A DNA stretch of 64,000 bases from Patescibacteria group bacterium (GTDB lineage: Bacteria; Patescibacteriota; Minisyncoccia; Phycocordibacterales; Phycocordibacteraceae), in contig JBBTSZ010000004.1 of NCBI GenBank assembly GCA_038064495.1, positions 5,363 through 69,362 on the forward strand, given 5' to 3'. Numbering within the stretch: the stretch's first letter is position 1; every line of letters starts with the position of its first letter. Both the position numbers and the translations under genes were made by a program. Shown one piece after another: positions 28,350-38,518 of the stretch. The notes under the pieces were generated by a model that was not told the origin of the DNA, searched no databases, and saw nothing but the letters and a program-made list of their open reading frames with translations.

Positions 28350-29154
28350 ACGTCGCGTATTTGTTTTCAAAAAAAGTTCCTCTCCCTTTGTAGTACTCCC
28401 AGTCAATCGGCTCGTCTAAAGTGACAACGTGCGGAGTGTTTCCAAACCATGCAGCAAGATTGCTCATACTTGAATTCGTGCCAATGATGACGCTCGTAGT
28501 GCTAAGCAAATGAAAATCAAGGGAAGGCACATCAGTACCTCTCACGGTTGCATATTCTGCAAACGCCCCATTGGGAAATGGTCCATCAGAAACAACGACA
28601 AGTCCAACCTCTCCTTTAGACAATCCTTGGTGTGCAAGATATTCAGAAACAATAGCTTCAACACGCTCAGGCTGTAGAAGAAATTCGCCGTCCGAAAAAT
28701 ACGTAAAGGGACGTTGGCGTACATGTATTCCGATAAGCGTACGACCGGCGAGCGGTTGGAGTATCTCGCCAATTCTCTTAGTCACTCGGTCAGGAGCACG
28801 GAACCGCTCCTTGATTTCTGTTCCGTACTTCTCAAACCCGAGAGGATTTCGAAAAAGCATTCCCAGTAGATACAGATTTCCAGAATCTGTATATTTCTCC
28901 GGAAGCGGAGTCGTTGGTGGTAGATAACGCACGGTGCCGCCCCAGGCAAACATGCTGTCCTTAGGGTGGAGTACTCGCCCTATATACTGCGCATATACCT
29001 CATAGAGTGTGCGAAGGAACGGAATGTTTTGGACAAGAGGTGGTAGTGTTGCTTTCGCACCCAGTTCTAGACTAGCGGCATACACACTCAGATCGTTCCA
29101 GAGTCGGTTTGCATACTCCTTACAATCGTATTTCACTGCAATCAAGTTTTTCAT
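28324..29154 (-). CDS. GT11-like (fucosyltransferase-fold) protein
   Basis: ANRL, IGIHVRQ, VVSD, IIGTNSSMSNLAAWFG. ATG 29154 directly follows the upstream stop. Confidence 0.6.
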   Translation of the reverse strand: MKNLIAVKYDCKEYANRLWNDLSVYAASLELGAKATLPPLVQNIPFLRTLYEVYAQYIGRVLHPKDSMFAWGGTVRYLPPTTPLPEKYTDSGNLYLLGMLFRNPLGFEKYGTEIKERFRAPDRVTKRIGEILQPLAGRTLIGIHVRQRPFTYFSDGEFLLQPERVEAIVSEYLAHQGLSKGEVGLVVVSDGPFPNGAFAEYATVRGTDVPSLDFHLLSTTSVIIGTNSSMSNLAAWFGNTPHVVTLDEPIDWEYYKGRGTFFENKYATFTQKVSPY

Positions 29155-29155
29155 A

Positions 29156-29857
29156 CTACGAGAGGACGACCCATGGCTTACGAAGTACCGGAAGGTTCCA
29201 TGCTGCATTCGGACGTGCATACCTATGCACAAAGAGTTTCTGGCCGGGCGCTTTGTATTTCATGCAATCAATCAAAAACATGAACGAAGAATCAATCACA
29301 TGCACTTCCTCTGCTCGCTCAATAATTCCCGAATAATCAAAAAGGTTATCGGTTAGTCCAGGACCAACTCGGAACTTCGGAAGGGGAGAGGTGACTAACT
29401 CGTCGTTAATGGGATATCGTCCATCATCATGTACAAACACATACTGTGAGGGAAGAGATAGTTTTGCCTCAAGAATTCGTTCAGCGTCCCTATCCCGCTC
29501 TACATGAAAACTGTCCCATTTCTTTACGTACGGAACGTCGGCTAATTTATAAAATTGGTACTCTGACGGAATACCCGTTTCAAAATCCACATCCCATATT
29601 TTTCGTATTTCATCGTAGTGTCCTGAACCGAAGGTAAGAAAATTCTTTATCCGAAAGAATGTTTTGTCGCGGTGTGTGTGTACGATAACGATTTCAAGAT
29701 TTGGGAGGTCTCGAAACATAAAACGAACGAACGGTTCGAATGTGGGTATGGTAAAAAGACCAACTCGGTCGTGCCGCTTTGCATATTCCCGGACAAGACC
29801 GTTACACATCAAGTGGTCTCCGAGCCGGTTGTGGTGGTCTACTAGCACGCTCGACAT
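29156..29857 (-). CDS. Glycosyltransferase-like hypothetical protein
   Basis: HHNRLGDHLMCNGLVR, YVFVHDD, AEEVHVIDSSF; resembles GT9-type motifs. Confidence 0.5.
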   Translation of the reverse strand: MSSVLVDHHNRLGDHLMCNGLVREYAKRHDRVGLFTIPTFEPFVRFMFRDLPNLEIVIVHTHRDKTFFRIKNFLTFGSGHYDEIRKIWDVDFETGIPSEYQFYKLADVPYVKKWDSFHVERDRDAERILEAKLSLPSQYVFVHDDGRYPINDELVTSPLPKFRVGPGLTDNLFDYSGIIERAEEVHVIDSSFMFLIDCMKYKAPGQKLFVHRYARPNAAWNLPVLRKPWVVLS

Positions 29858-29926
29858 GGCGTTAGTGTACTACGTCGACTGAGTAAAAATGAGAACCTTT
29901 TATGCTAGATTGAAGTTCTATTGGGC

Positions 29927-31093
29927 ATGAAATACGACATCATTATCTGTGGAGGTGGTATTGCAGGGCTCTGGCTCTTGAATACTCTTACAGCGAAGGG
30001 TCTCAACGTGGTGCTTATAGAAAAGAATACTCTGGGTGGGGTCCAAACACTCGCTTCTCAAGGAATGATTCACGGAGGACAGAAATATCTCTTACAAGGA
30101 CATGCGACTCCCGAGGCGCTCTCAATCGCGAAGATGCCTGAACGCTGGCAGAAGTGTTTTGAGGGAAGTGGCGACATCAATCTATCACGGGTTTCCACGC
30201 TTTCTGAAACACAAGTCATGTGGCCAGCAGGTTCAAAACTTTCTGAAATCGGGCTTGTTGCAGCAGCAAAGCTAGTGAACGCAAAAACGAAGAAACTCTC
30301 TCCAAACGAATATCCAAAGGCTCTTCGTGGTGGCACTGGCCACGGACCAGTATATGAGTTACCTGAGAAAGTCATGGACACCCATTCGCTTGTCTCAGCA
30401 CTCGTCGCACCACATACGGAACGGATTGTGAAAGGTGACATCACTAAACTTGCAGTGGATGGTTCACTTACCGTAAATGGACTCAAGCTTGAGGCTCAAT
30501 TAATCATCTCTACCGCGGGCACTGGTAATGAGGAAGCTTTACGGATGCTCGGTGTATCGGTGGAAGAACATTCGCAGCGTCGACCGCTCCGTCAAATTAT
30601 GATTAAGACGATGGAGTATCCGCTGTATGGTCATGGAGTGGTAAACAACCCGAAGCCTCGGGTAACGATAACGAGCCACCCGCTCCCTGAAGGTGGATAT
30701 GTATGGTATTTGGGGGGAGCCATAGCAGAACAAACCGCCACACTTTCGGATGCCGAAGCGATTACCTATGCGAGAAAGGAAATGCAGGACATATTTCCGG
30801 AAATCGATTGGTTTGGTAAGCATTGGGCCTCATGGCTCGGCGACCGTGCTGAAGCACGCCATCCCGGAGGAGTTATCCAAGATGGTCCAGCAGTTCAAGA
30901 ATACGGAAAGGTTCTCGTAGTGTGGCCGACGAAACTCACCTTCATGCCCGCATTATCAGACAACGTGCATGCTTACGTTGATTCTCACGGACTCACTCCT
31001 TCTTACACTGACGAACCGCCAATCCTCTCATTTCCAGAGGGGGGAGTGTCTCCTTGGGAAAGTGCTCACTGGGCTCATAAAAATCAGGAATAA
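29927..31093 (+). CDS. FAD-dependent oxidoreductase (DAO family)
   Basis: GGGIAGLW; LGGVQTLASQGMIHGGQKY; WPTKLT. Confidence 0.85.
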   Translation: MKYDIIICGGGIAGLWLLNTLTAKGLNVVLIEKNTLGGVQTLASQGMIHGGQKYLLQGHATPEALSIAKMPERWQKCFEGSGDINLSRVSTLSETQVMWPAGSKLSEIGLVAAAKLVNAKTKKLSPNEYPKALRGGTGHGPVYELPEKVMDTHSLVSALVAPHTERIVKGDITKLAVDGSLTVNGLKLEAQLIISTAGTGNEEALRMLGVSVEEHSQRRPLRQIMIKTMEYPLYGHGVVNNPKPRVTITSHPLPEGGYVWYLGGAIAEQTATLSDAEAITYARKEMQDIFPEIDWFGKHWASWLGDRAEARHPGGVIQDGPAVQEYGKVLVVWPTKLTFMPALSDNVHAYVDSHGLTPSYTDEPPILSFPEGGVSPWESAHWAHKNQE

Positions 31094-31163
31094 TCTGAAA
31101 GGTACGTGCCAGGCTGAAACCGCCATAACAGCAATTCAGTTTGAATAGATACGACAGCCTATT

Positions 31164-31192
31164 TAGACAAAGCCTTATTTTATCTATATAAT
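31164..31192 (+). promoter_or_regulatory. sigma70-type promoter
   Basis: TAGACA-17 nt-TATAAT, 9 nt before ATG 31202. Confidence 0.65.
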
Positions 31193-31201
31193 TTGCCAAT
31201 T

Positions 31202-32233
31202 ATGAAAGCAGCCGTCCTTGAGACGCTTAATAAACCTCTTGTTGTGGGAGAGGTCACGCTGACTCCTTTGACTCCAGGCCAAGTACTCGTCAAGAATCTG
31301 GTCACGGGTATTTGTGGGGCTCAGCTCGAGGAGATACAGGGCCATAAGGGTAACGCGAAATTCGTTCCACATCTCTTAGGGCATGAGGCATGTGGCATTG
31401 TGGAGGACATCGGTCCTGAGGTACAAAAAGTTAAAAAAGGAGACAAAGTAGTACTGCACTGGAGAAAGGGAGAAGGCATCGAATCAGATTTTCCGAAATA
31501 TATCTACAAGGGAAAAGAAATATCAAGTGGGAAGGTAACAACATTTAGCGAGTACACTATTGTTTCTGAAAATCGGGTAACGCCGGTACCGCACGACACT
31601 CCGAATGATCTTGCTGCGCTACTTGGATGTGCACTTTCTACGGGACTTGGTGTGGTGAGCGGAGCTGCCAAGGTTCAGCCTGGTGAATCCGTCATCATCA
31701 TTGGGGCTGGGGGTGTTGGTTTGAATCTTATACGAGCAGCAGTACGAGCCGGTGCGAATCCCGTCATAGCGGTTGATATCGCAGACAAAGAAACACTGGC
31801 AAAAAATGTGGGCGCCCATTTTTTTATTCATTCAGGTAAAACCGGTCTCGCTGACGGATTAGAGAGCGTGGCAGGTATCAAGAACGTTGACGTGATTATC
31901 TCTACCGTTACTGATAAGAAAACCGCTGAAGAGGCACTTCCACTCCTCGCCCCCTCGGGCAGATATGTGATGGTTGGACAGCCTGTTCCGGGAGAATCTC
32001 TTGAAATTACGAATGCGTTTCATTTCCATGAGGGAGAAGGGAAGGTTCTCATGGGTACCCAGTCCGGAGGTTTTAATCCTACCCGTGACATTCCGAGATA
32101 TCTCAAAATGGCACAAGAGGGTGAGGCTACTATCGACGGAATTATCACGAAGCGCATCAAACTCGACCAAATAAATGAAGCTATTGATGAGATTCGTGCA
32201 GGCAAGGCTGGCAGAATCATGATTGATTTCTAA
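31202..32233 (+). CDS. Zn-dependent alcohol dehydrogenase (MDR family)
   Basis: GICG, LGHEACG, GAGGVG. Lacks the four-Cys structural zinc lobe. Confidence 0.9.
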   Translation: MKAAVLETLNKPLVVGEVTLTPLTPGQVLVKNLVTGICGAQLEEIQGHKGNAKFVPHLLGHEACGIVEDIGPEVQKVKKGDKVVLHWRKGEGIESDFPKYIYKGKEISSGKVTTFSEYTIVSENRVTPVPHDTPNDLAALLGCALSTGLGVVSGAAKVQPGESVIIIGAGGVGLNLIRAAVRAGANPVIAVDIADKETLAKNVGAHFFIHSGKTGLADGLESVAGIKNVDVIISTVTDKKTAEEALPLLAPSGRYVMVGQPVPGESLEITNAFHFHEGEGKVLMGTQSGGFNPTRDIPRYLKMAQEGEATIDGIITKRIKLDQINEAIDEIRAGKAGRIMIDF

Positions 32234-32234
32234 T

Positions 32235-33191
32235 ATGAGTACGAACCTAAAGGCATACAAACGAATGCTCTACCTACGGCTCGCTGAACAGGAGCTCGTT
32301 AAGATGTATCTGGATAAGAAGATTTTCAGCATGGTGCATTTTTATGTGGGCCAGGAAGCGGTTGCAGTCGGCGTGTGTGAAGCGCTTACTCCAGAAGATA
32401 AAGTGCTCGGCAACCACCGTTCGCATGGACACTATCTTGCAAAGGGAGGAAACTTCAGAAAGATGGTGAGTGAACTTCTGGGAAGAGCTGATGGCGTTGC
32501 TCACGGCAAAGGGGGTTCCATGCATATGATAGATAAGTCCGTGAATTTCGTCGGCTCTACACCACTCCTCGGGAGCGTTGCGCCTATTGCAGCAGGCGTT
32601 GCCTTCGAGCAGAAATACAACGGTCGCGATGACGTTACCGTCGCATTCTATGGGGACGGTGCATCGGAAGAGGGAGTTGTTTACGAAACGTACAATCTCG
32701 CTGCGCTGTATGAGGTACCACTCCTGCTTGTCGTTGAGAATAATTTCTTTTCCATAAACTCACGTGCACGCGAACGCAGGCCTCAAGGATATGATCTAGA
32801 GAAGATTGTTACAGGATTCGGGATTCCCTTTATGCGTGCTGACGGCAATGACTATGAAGATGTGAATACCAAAGCTGCGAAACTTTTAGAAATGGTACGC
32901 CGTGAGAAGCGTCCGGCAGTGCTTGAATGCCTCACGTTCCGTCACATGGCGCACTCTACGCCTCTGATGGAGGAGAAATATCGTGAGCATGATACGGCAG
33001 AGGTTCGTGAAGCAAAGGACCCGCTTACCAAGATGAAAAAAGATATCCTCTCAAGCGGAGTATCTCAAGCGGAACTTATTTCAATGGAAGAAGGACTGCG
33101 TGAAGAAATCGCGAACGATATTGCAGAAGCAGAGAAAGCCGCATTTCCCACGCGAGAAGAGATGTTTACCGATATGTACTACACCGAATAA
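32235..33191 (+). CDS. TPP-dependent dehydrogenase E1 alpha-like subunit
   Basis: GQEAVAVG, HRSHGH, GKGGSMH, GDGASEEG..ENN. Confidence 0.9.
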   Translation: MSTNLKAYKRMLYLRLAEQELVKMYLDKKIFSMVHFYVGQEAVAVGVCEALTPEDKVLGNHRSHGHYLAKGGNFRKMVSELLGRADGVAHGKGGSMHMIDKSVNFVGSTPLLGSVAPIAAGVAFEQKYNGRDDVTVAFYGDGASEEGVVYETYNLAALYEVPLLLVVENNFFSINSRARERRPQGYDLEKIVTGFGIPFMRADGNDYEDVNTKAAKLLEMVRREKRPAVLECLTFRHMAHSTPLMEEKYREHDTAEVREAKDPLTKMKKDILSSGVSQAELISMEEGLREEIANDIAEAEKAAFPTREEMFTDMYYTE

Positions 33192-33193
33192 GT

Positions 33194-34222
33194 ATGAGCG
33201 ACCGAATCCTCAAATACACAGAAGCTCTCAGGGAAGCAACCGCGCAGATGCTCGCGGAAAATGATCAGGTGTTTGTCATAGGTCTTGGTGTTCCGCAGGG
33301 CGCAGCAGGCACAACTATGGGCCTAAAAGATGAGTACCCCACGCGCGTGTTGGATACACCTATTTCAGAAGGTGCACTTACCGGTCTTGCGGTGGGTGCG
33401 GCCATCTCCGGCCTACACCCGGTGGTCTACCATGAGCGTGTAGAGTTTGCGCTTGTGGCGGCAGATCAGATATTCACACAGGCGGCAAAGTGGAACTACA
33501 TGTTCGGTGGCGACAACCCTGTACCATTAACACTACGCGTCGCAGTAGGGCGCAAGTGGGGCAATGGTCCTCAGCACTCGCAGGCACTCTACTCTCTGTT
33601 CGGTGCAGTACGAGGTTTGAAGGTGGTTATTGCGTCCACTCCATACATGGCGAAAGGACTCCTCATATCTGCAATACGCGATAAGAATCCTGTCATACTG
33701 CTGGAGAATCTCTGGCTGTATCAGGTAAAGGAGGAAGTTCCTGAAAAAATGTACGCACTTCCTCTTGATAAGGCGAGAGTTGCACAAGAGGGAACCGATG
33801 TCACCGTCGTTACGTACGGGGACGGATTCGTGGACTCTCTTTCTGCACTTACACTCCTTCCGAAAGACATCTCCGTAGAACTCATAGATCTCGTGTCCAT
33901 TAATCCAGTGGATTATGACACTATTGAACAGTCCGTACGAAAGACCGGTCGGCTCATAACGGTAGATACGACCAACGCCGCCTTCAGCGTGGGTGCTGAA
34001 ATCATTGCCAAGATGACCGAGCGAGCTATTCCGCTCTCGAGTACGCCGATTGCGATTGCAACTCCTGATGTGCCAGTACCCACCTCGTCCGCCCTCCTGG
34101 AATTCTATTACCCTACCAAGGTAGACATCGCGAATGCAGTGCTCAAAATGCTTAACAAGGAAGCCCTTGAAACCAAACTCTCCTTTGAAGAGTTACATTT
34201 AGCACCAAGCCACACCCTGTAA
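33194..34222 (+). CDS. TPP-dependent dehydrogenase E1 beta-like subunit
   Basis: DTPISE, GPQHSQ, VELIDL..NPVD, KTGRL. Confidence 0.9.
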   Translation: MSDRILKYTEALREATAQMLAENDQVFVIGLGVPQGAAGTTMGLKDEYPTRVLDTPISEGALTGLAVGAAISGLHPVVYHERVEFALVAADQIFTQAAKWNYMFGGDNPVPLTLRVAVGRKWGNGPQHSQALYSLFGAVRGLKVVIASTPYMAKGLLISAIRDKNPVILLENLWLYQVKEEVPEKMYALPLDKARVAQEGTDVTVVTYGDGFVDSLSALTLLPKDISVELIDLVSINPVDYDTIEQSVRKTGRLITVDTTNAAFSVGAEIIAKMTERAIPLSSTPIAIATPDVPVPTSSALLEFYYPTKVDIANAVLKMLNKEALETKLSFEELHLAPSHTL

Positions 34223-34226
34223 TGTC

Positions 34227-34970
34227 ATGAAAAAAATCCTCGTCATCGGAGACAGTTGTCGCGACGTTTTCGTGTACTGCCATGCCCAGCGCCTTGCGCC
34301 CGATTTGCCGGTGCCTATTCTTGATGTACATGAAGAAACAGAAAACCCCGGCATGGCAATGAATGTTCTCCGAAATATTCAGGCTATTCACGATGGAGCA
34401 GATATCGCGACAAATCGTGAATGGGAAAAAGTCACCAAGACTCGGTATGTCCACCACAAAACAAACCACACATTCATTCGTATTGATTCTAAGCACCCTA
34501 CAGAACCGATTCTTCTTGATGAAGTACCACTTAACGACTACGACGTGATTGCTATATCTGACTACAACAAAGGATTTCTTACCGAAAAAGATATTGAGAC
34601 TATTTGTAAGAATCATGCGTGTGTATTTATTGATACCAAGAAACAGCTTGGTACGTGGGCTGAGGGTGCTACGTACATCAAGATTAATGATTTTGAATAC
34701 GAACGGTCCAAACATGCACTCACTCCAACTCTAGAAGAGAAGATTATTCGTACTGAAGGTTCCGCTGGTGCAGTGTACAGAGGTAAGCGCTATCCCGTGT
34801 CCAAGAAAGTGGAGGTTCGAGATACCACCGGCGCAGGCGACAGTTTCTACGCAGCACTTTTAGTGAAATACGCCGAGACGGGAGATATCGAGGAGGCAAT
34901 ACAGTTTGCAAACGAGTGTGCTCGCCGTACCGTAATGCAAAAAGGGGTCTCACTCATTGAGCGTCCATAA
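34227..34970 (+). CDS. PfkB-family sugar kinase, RfaE/HldE domain I (HldA-like)
   Basis: LVIGDSCRD..RLAPDLPVP, ISDYNKG, DTTGAGDSF. Confidence 0.85.
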   Translation: MKKILVIGDSCRDVFVYCHAQRLAPDLPVPILDVHEETENPGMAMNVLRNIQAIHDGADIATNREWEKVTKTRYVHHKTNHTFIRIDSKHPTEPILLDEVPLNDYDVIAISDYNKGFLTEKDIETICKNHACVFIDTKKQLGTWAEGATYIKINDFEYERSKHALTPTLEEKIIRTEGSAGAVYRGKRYPVSKKVEVRDTTGAGDSFYAALLVKYAETGDIEEAIQFANECARRTVMQKGVSLIERP

Positions 34971-34973
34971 TAT

Positions 34974-35474
34974 ATGGGAAAGATAGCCACACTTGAAGAA
35001 GTATTGAAAGCAACACAAAAGGCACGTAAGCAGGGAAAGAAAATAGTTGCTACCAATGGCTGCTTCGATATCCTTCACGTAGGACATGTGCGCAATCTTC
35101 AAGCCGCCAAGAAACTCGGCGACATTCTTATTGTAGGTGTAAACTCTGATGCATCGGTACGACAGAATAAAGGTTCACTTCGGCCCATCGTTCCAGCTCG
35201 TGAGCGGGCAGAGGTCATCGCCGCTCTTGAGGCAGTTGACTACGCTTTCATTTTTTCAGGAAAGACTCCACTTGGTTGGATAGCTAAGATTAAACCGGAC
35301 TTTCACGTAAAGGGTGGGGGAGCGGACGTAAAGGCCCACCCAGATTTTCCTAAGCACGAGGAAGTGGTGAGGAAGGAAGGAGGAAAGCTGATTCTCTTGA
35401 AACATCACCACGGACGTTCAACATCCACGATTATAGAGAAAATAGTAGAAGCTGAAAAAAGGAAGAAAACCTAA
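34974..35474 (+). CDS. Heptose-1-phosphate adenylyltransferase, RfaE/HldE domain II (HldC-like)
   Basis: TNGCFDILHVGH, VGVNSDASV, RPI, VKGG, STSTIIEKI. Confidence 0.9.
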   Translation: MGKIATLEEVLKATQKARKQGKKIVATNGCFDILHVGHVRNLQAAKKLGDILIVGVNSDASVRQNKGSLRPIVPARERAEVIAALEAVDYAFIFSGKTPLGWIAKIKPDFHVKGGGADVKAHPDFPKHEEVVRKEGGKLILLKHHHGRSTSTIIEKIVEAEKRKKT

Positions 35475-35560
35475 TTATATCGGCTATTTGACTTACACTC
35501 GCATATGTGCTATGGTCCAGATTAGAATACTAGACTGTTCTCATATCTAGGGAGTTTGAA

Positions 35561-36073
35561 ATGGATCATGAAATGGTGGGTGAGGTCGTCTTTTCGGGAC
35601 ACTTTCTTACACTGACCATCGAAAAGCGCGATACCCTTACTTTTGAGCGTTGTTATCAACGCAATGGTGTCTCGGTCATTGTGGTGCCTGAACCAGGCAA
35701 AATTCGACTCATCACTGAAAAGGATTGGGAAGACGGTCTTTCCAAGACCAAGGTGGTTAGCGCCTACCGTGAGGACGGCGAAGACCCTCTTGCCTGTGCC
35801 AAGCGCGAACTGCAAGAAGAAATGGGCTTCACCGCGGAAAATTGGGAACTGTACCATGTCTCCAAGAGCGACGGCGCTATCATCAAGGACCAGCACTACT
35901 ACGTTGCAACCGGTCTCACCGAGGTTGGTGCGAAGCCAGACGAAGATGAAACTATCTTCTACTGGCGGGATTTCTCATTTGAGGAAATCCGCGAGAAGTC
36001 GCTTTCGCTCGGCTTCGGAACGCACGAAAATGCGTTCGCCCTTCTCAGGTTTGTTACTGAAGTACGGGAGTGA
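35561..36073 (+). CDS. NUDIX hydrolase
   Basis: Nudix box EDGEDPLACAKRELQEEMG. Confidence 0.85.
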   Translation: MDHEMVGEVVFSGHFLTLTIEKRDTLTFERCYQRNGVSVIVVPEPGKIRLITEKDWEDGLSKTKVVSAYREDGEDPLACAKRELQEEMGFTAENWELYHVSKSDGAIIKDQHYYVATGLTEVGAKPDEDETIFYWRDFSFEEIREKSLSLGFGTHENAFALLRFVTEVRE

Positions 36074-36087
36074 GTACCTGGAAACCT

Positions 36088-36119
36088 AACGTCGTTCGAG
36101 CAATTGCTCGAACGACGTT
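36088..36119. terminator. Perfect 32-bp palindrome between convergent genes; probable terminator
   Basis: AACGTCGTTCGAGCAA|TTGCTCGAACGACGTT followed by ttt. Confidence 0.75.
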
Positions 36120-36122
36120 TTT

Positions 36123-36497
36123 CTATTTCTTCTGGCTATCGCCTTTTCCAATGCGGTAGGAATCGTTTTCGTCGTGCGTGGTGGAGATTTCAATTATCGT
36201 TCCTTCCGTGAGAGCGATGAGCTGGTGGGGGGTTGATGGGGGAATGTGCGCCACATCTCCTGGATTGAGTTTCGTTACGAAACGGTCTGCGTTGGTGAGG
36301 TCATAGTGACGGAGCTCAAACTCGCCTTCAAGCACGTACCAGGTCTCTTCCTTCTCAATATGGTAGTGATCACTGAAGGTAGCTCCTGCATTGAATTTAA
36401 GGAGTTTGCCACAGTACTTCTCATTGTTGATGAGCCATACCTCAGCACCCCAGCCCTTGGGGTGATATTCTCCCTTCAAAAACTCAATCTTTTTCAT
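36123..36497 (-). CDS. Cupin-domain protein (sugar isomerase-like)
   Basis: KGWGAEVW..YCGK; SDHYHIEKEETW; HIPPSTPH; EIST. Confidence 0.8.
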   Translation of the reverse strand: MKKIEFLKGEYHPKGWGAEVWLINNEKYCGKLLKFNAGATFSDHYHIEKEETWYVLEGEFELRHYDLTNADRFVTKLNPGDVAHIPPSTPHQLIALTEGTIIEISTTHDENDSYRIGKGDSQKK

Positions 36498-36585
36498 AGG
36501 CTCGCATGGTATCGTTTGTTACTGCATTTCGCAACTCGGCTGCATCTTTTAGGTCTCTACCCTAGGTTACTCTCTATAACAGCAC

Positions 36586-38487
36586 ATGAAGGAGAAAGGT
36601 CTCATTTTCGTCTACGAAACCGAACAGATACCGGCGGTCCTTGTGTATCTCGAGGAACATCCAGACTCCATGGTCATCAGCCTCACCCTTTGGGTTGAAC
36701 GGGAACTACGAGCAAACGGGGTGACGAGTCTCCCTCTTACTGACTTTGTATTGCCAACTGAAAATAATCACTCACTATTGGAACAGGCTGACACGCTCGC
36801 ACGAGAGTGGTACCAAACTCCTGAGATGAGTTTCTTCTCGTATGCCGGGATGCATCTCGGGGAAGTTCTAGAGCCGATGCTCTCTGAATATTTCCAAAGA
36901 ATTCTGTACTATCTTCGAGCAGTGCATGCTGTTCTTGCAGTACATGCCGACAGAACATTGCTCGTTACACCGCACTCTTGTAAGGAGGCGCGGTCCACAA
37001 GTGGTCCTCTCGCGCCGTTTGAAATACGTATTGTGGCAAATGTTATTTCTACTATCGGCAAGCAGCGAAGCCTCTCAGTTCAGCTACTTGGTAGGGAACC
37101 AGTAACTCCTACCGCACATATCTACCCTCGTTCACTACTTCGCTCGTATTCACTTGCCTGCATCAACGCATGCACCAAATTCCTAACTCCCCAAAAGCCT
37201 CTTAGGATATATGCAAGTGAATATTGGTGGCACGTCGCTCCCTTCATTCAGACTATGGATGATGCAGAAGTGGTATTTATGGAACGAAAAGAACTCCGGA
37301 ATATTCCATGGACTGAAATACGGAAACATCGTATCAGGTTTGCACACCCCGTTGATGCCACCTCACGGAAGATGAGACGAGACACACGCGAGATAGTGAA
37401 GCAGTTTACGCGTGAGTGGGAAGCAAAACGCGAGAGTGTACGCTCGATGGAGGGCTTCACCTACGAGGGAGACAACTGGTGGAGCTTAGTTGAAGCGGCA
37501 TATGAATATCTCGTCACCGTATATGCAGAACGTATTGTTACTGACCACAAAGCCTTTGAAGCATTATTTAAACGTGAGCATATCAATCGGGTACTGCTAC
37601 GCGCCAGTGTTGGGGGAACACAACACCATTTTTTTGTCGCTGCTCAGGTAGCACGCATGCTCCATATTCCCTCAATTGAGTTACAGCACGCAACTGAAGT
37701 CGTGGATGCACAATCGGTCCACTCTCGGCTTGCTGCGGATTATCTGGCTTCATATGGAGAAGCAACGAAAGAGAATCTAACTCGTAATCACGGGTATGAC
37801 CCAAACCGGATACGAGCGATAGGGTCACCTCGCTTTGATTCGTATACTCAACGTGATTCCTTTACTGAAGCTAAGAAAAGTGAATTTCTTACAACTCTTG
37901 GTTTGAATCCAGAAAAGCCAACACTCCTGTACGCCGTACCATCAGAAATTGTTGATTTGTATATTGCTAACTTTGATTCGTACCAAATCGCTCACTACTT
38001 TACAGAACTCAGGGCGGTGCAGGAACATATTCCGGAGTTGCAGATACTTGCGAAATTCAGAGGCGGCGCGCTGACTGAACGCTATCGGGATTTCCTTACT
38101 GAACTATTTCCTGATGGGGGAATAGTGCTTTCTGATTCACGAGACATCGTGTCGCTTATGCGGGCTTCAACACTTGTCCTCGCCGGTAACTCAACACTCT
38201 TTCTTGAGGCACTTCAGGCAGATTGCCCAACGCTGCTCTATCCGCTTCAGCCCCATGACGTTGTTACGAAGCAGACCTATCAGGCCGTACTTCCTGCACC
38301 AGATAACGCTGATACACTTAAAAACCTTGTCGAACGACTTGTCTTCAATCAGGCCGAACGGGAATTACTGCTTACAGCACAGCAGGCGTTCCTCCACACC
38401 AAGTATGCATTTGACGGCAAGGCGAGTGAGCGTATAGCTGCATTGCTTCGCGAACCACTCGTTAGCTATCCAAACGACATAGCGTAA
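36586..38487 (+). CDS. GT-B-fold glycan transferase-like protein (candidate nonulosonate transferase)
   Basis: ELQH, YG, IGSPRFD, NSTLFLEA and DGKASERI motifs. Immediately upstream of pseB. Confidence 0.5.
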   Translation: MKEKGLIFVYETEQIPAVLVYLEEHPDSMVISLTLWVERELRANGVTSLPLTDFVLPTENNHSLLEQADTLAREWYQTPEMSFFSYAGMHLGEVLEPMLSEYFQRILYYLRAVHAVLAVHADRTLLVTPHSCKEARSTSGPLAPFEIRIVANVISTIGKQRSLSVQLLGREPVTPTAHIYPRSLLRSYSLACINACTKFLTPQKPLRIYASEYWWHVAPFIQTMDDAEVVFMERKELRNIPWTEIRKHRIRFAHPVDATSRKMRRDTREIVKQFTREWEAKRESVRSMEGFTYEGDNWWSLVEAAYEYLVTVYAERIVTDHKAFEALFKREHINRVLLRASVGGTQHHFFVAAQVARMLHIPSIELQHATEVVDAQSVHSRLAADYLASYGEATKENLTRNHGYDPNRIRAIGSPRFDSYTQRDSFTEAKKSEFLTTLGLNPEKPTLLYAVPSEIVDLYIANFDSYQIAHYFTELRAVQEHIPELQILAKFRGGALTERYRDFLTELFPDGGIVLSDSRDIVSLMRASTLVLAGNSTLFLEALQADCPTLLYPLQPHDVVTKQTYQAVLPAPDNADTLKNLVERLVFNQAERELLLTAQQAFLHTKYAFDGKASERIAALLREPLVSYPNDIA

Positions 38488-38518
38488 CTTTTTGCACACG
38501 AGCGCGGTATACACTACT

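Noticed and set aside
32235-34222. Housekeeping pyruvate dehydrogenase (pdhA/pdhB)
   Set aside because: No E2/E3 adjacent and the operon context is sugar-nucleotide synthesis.
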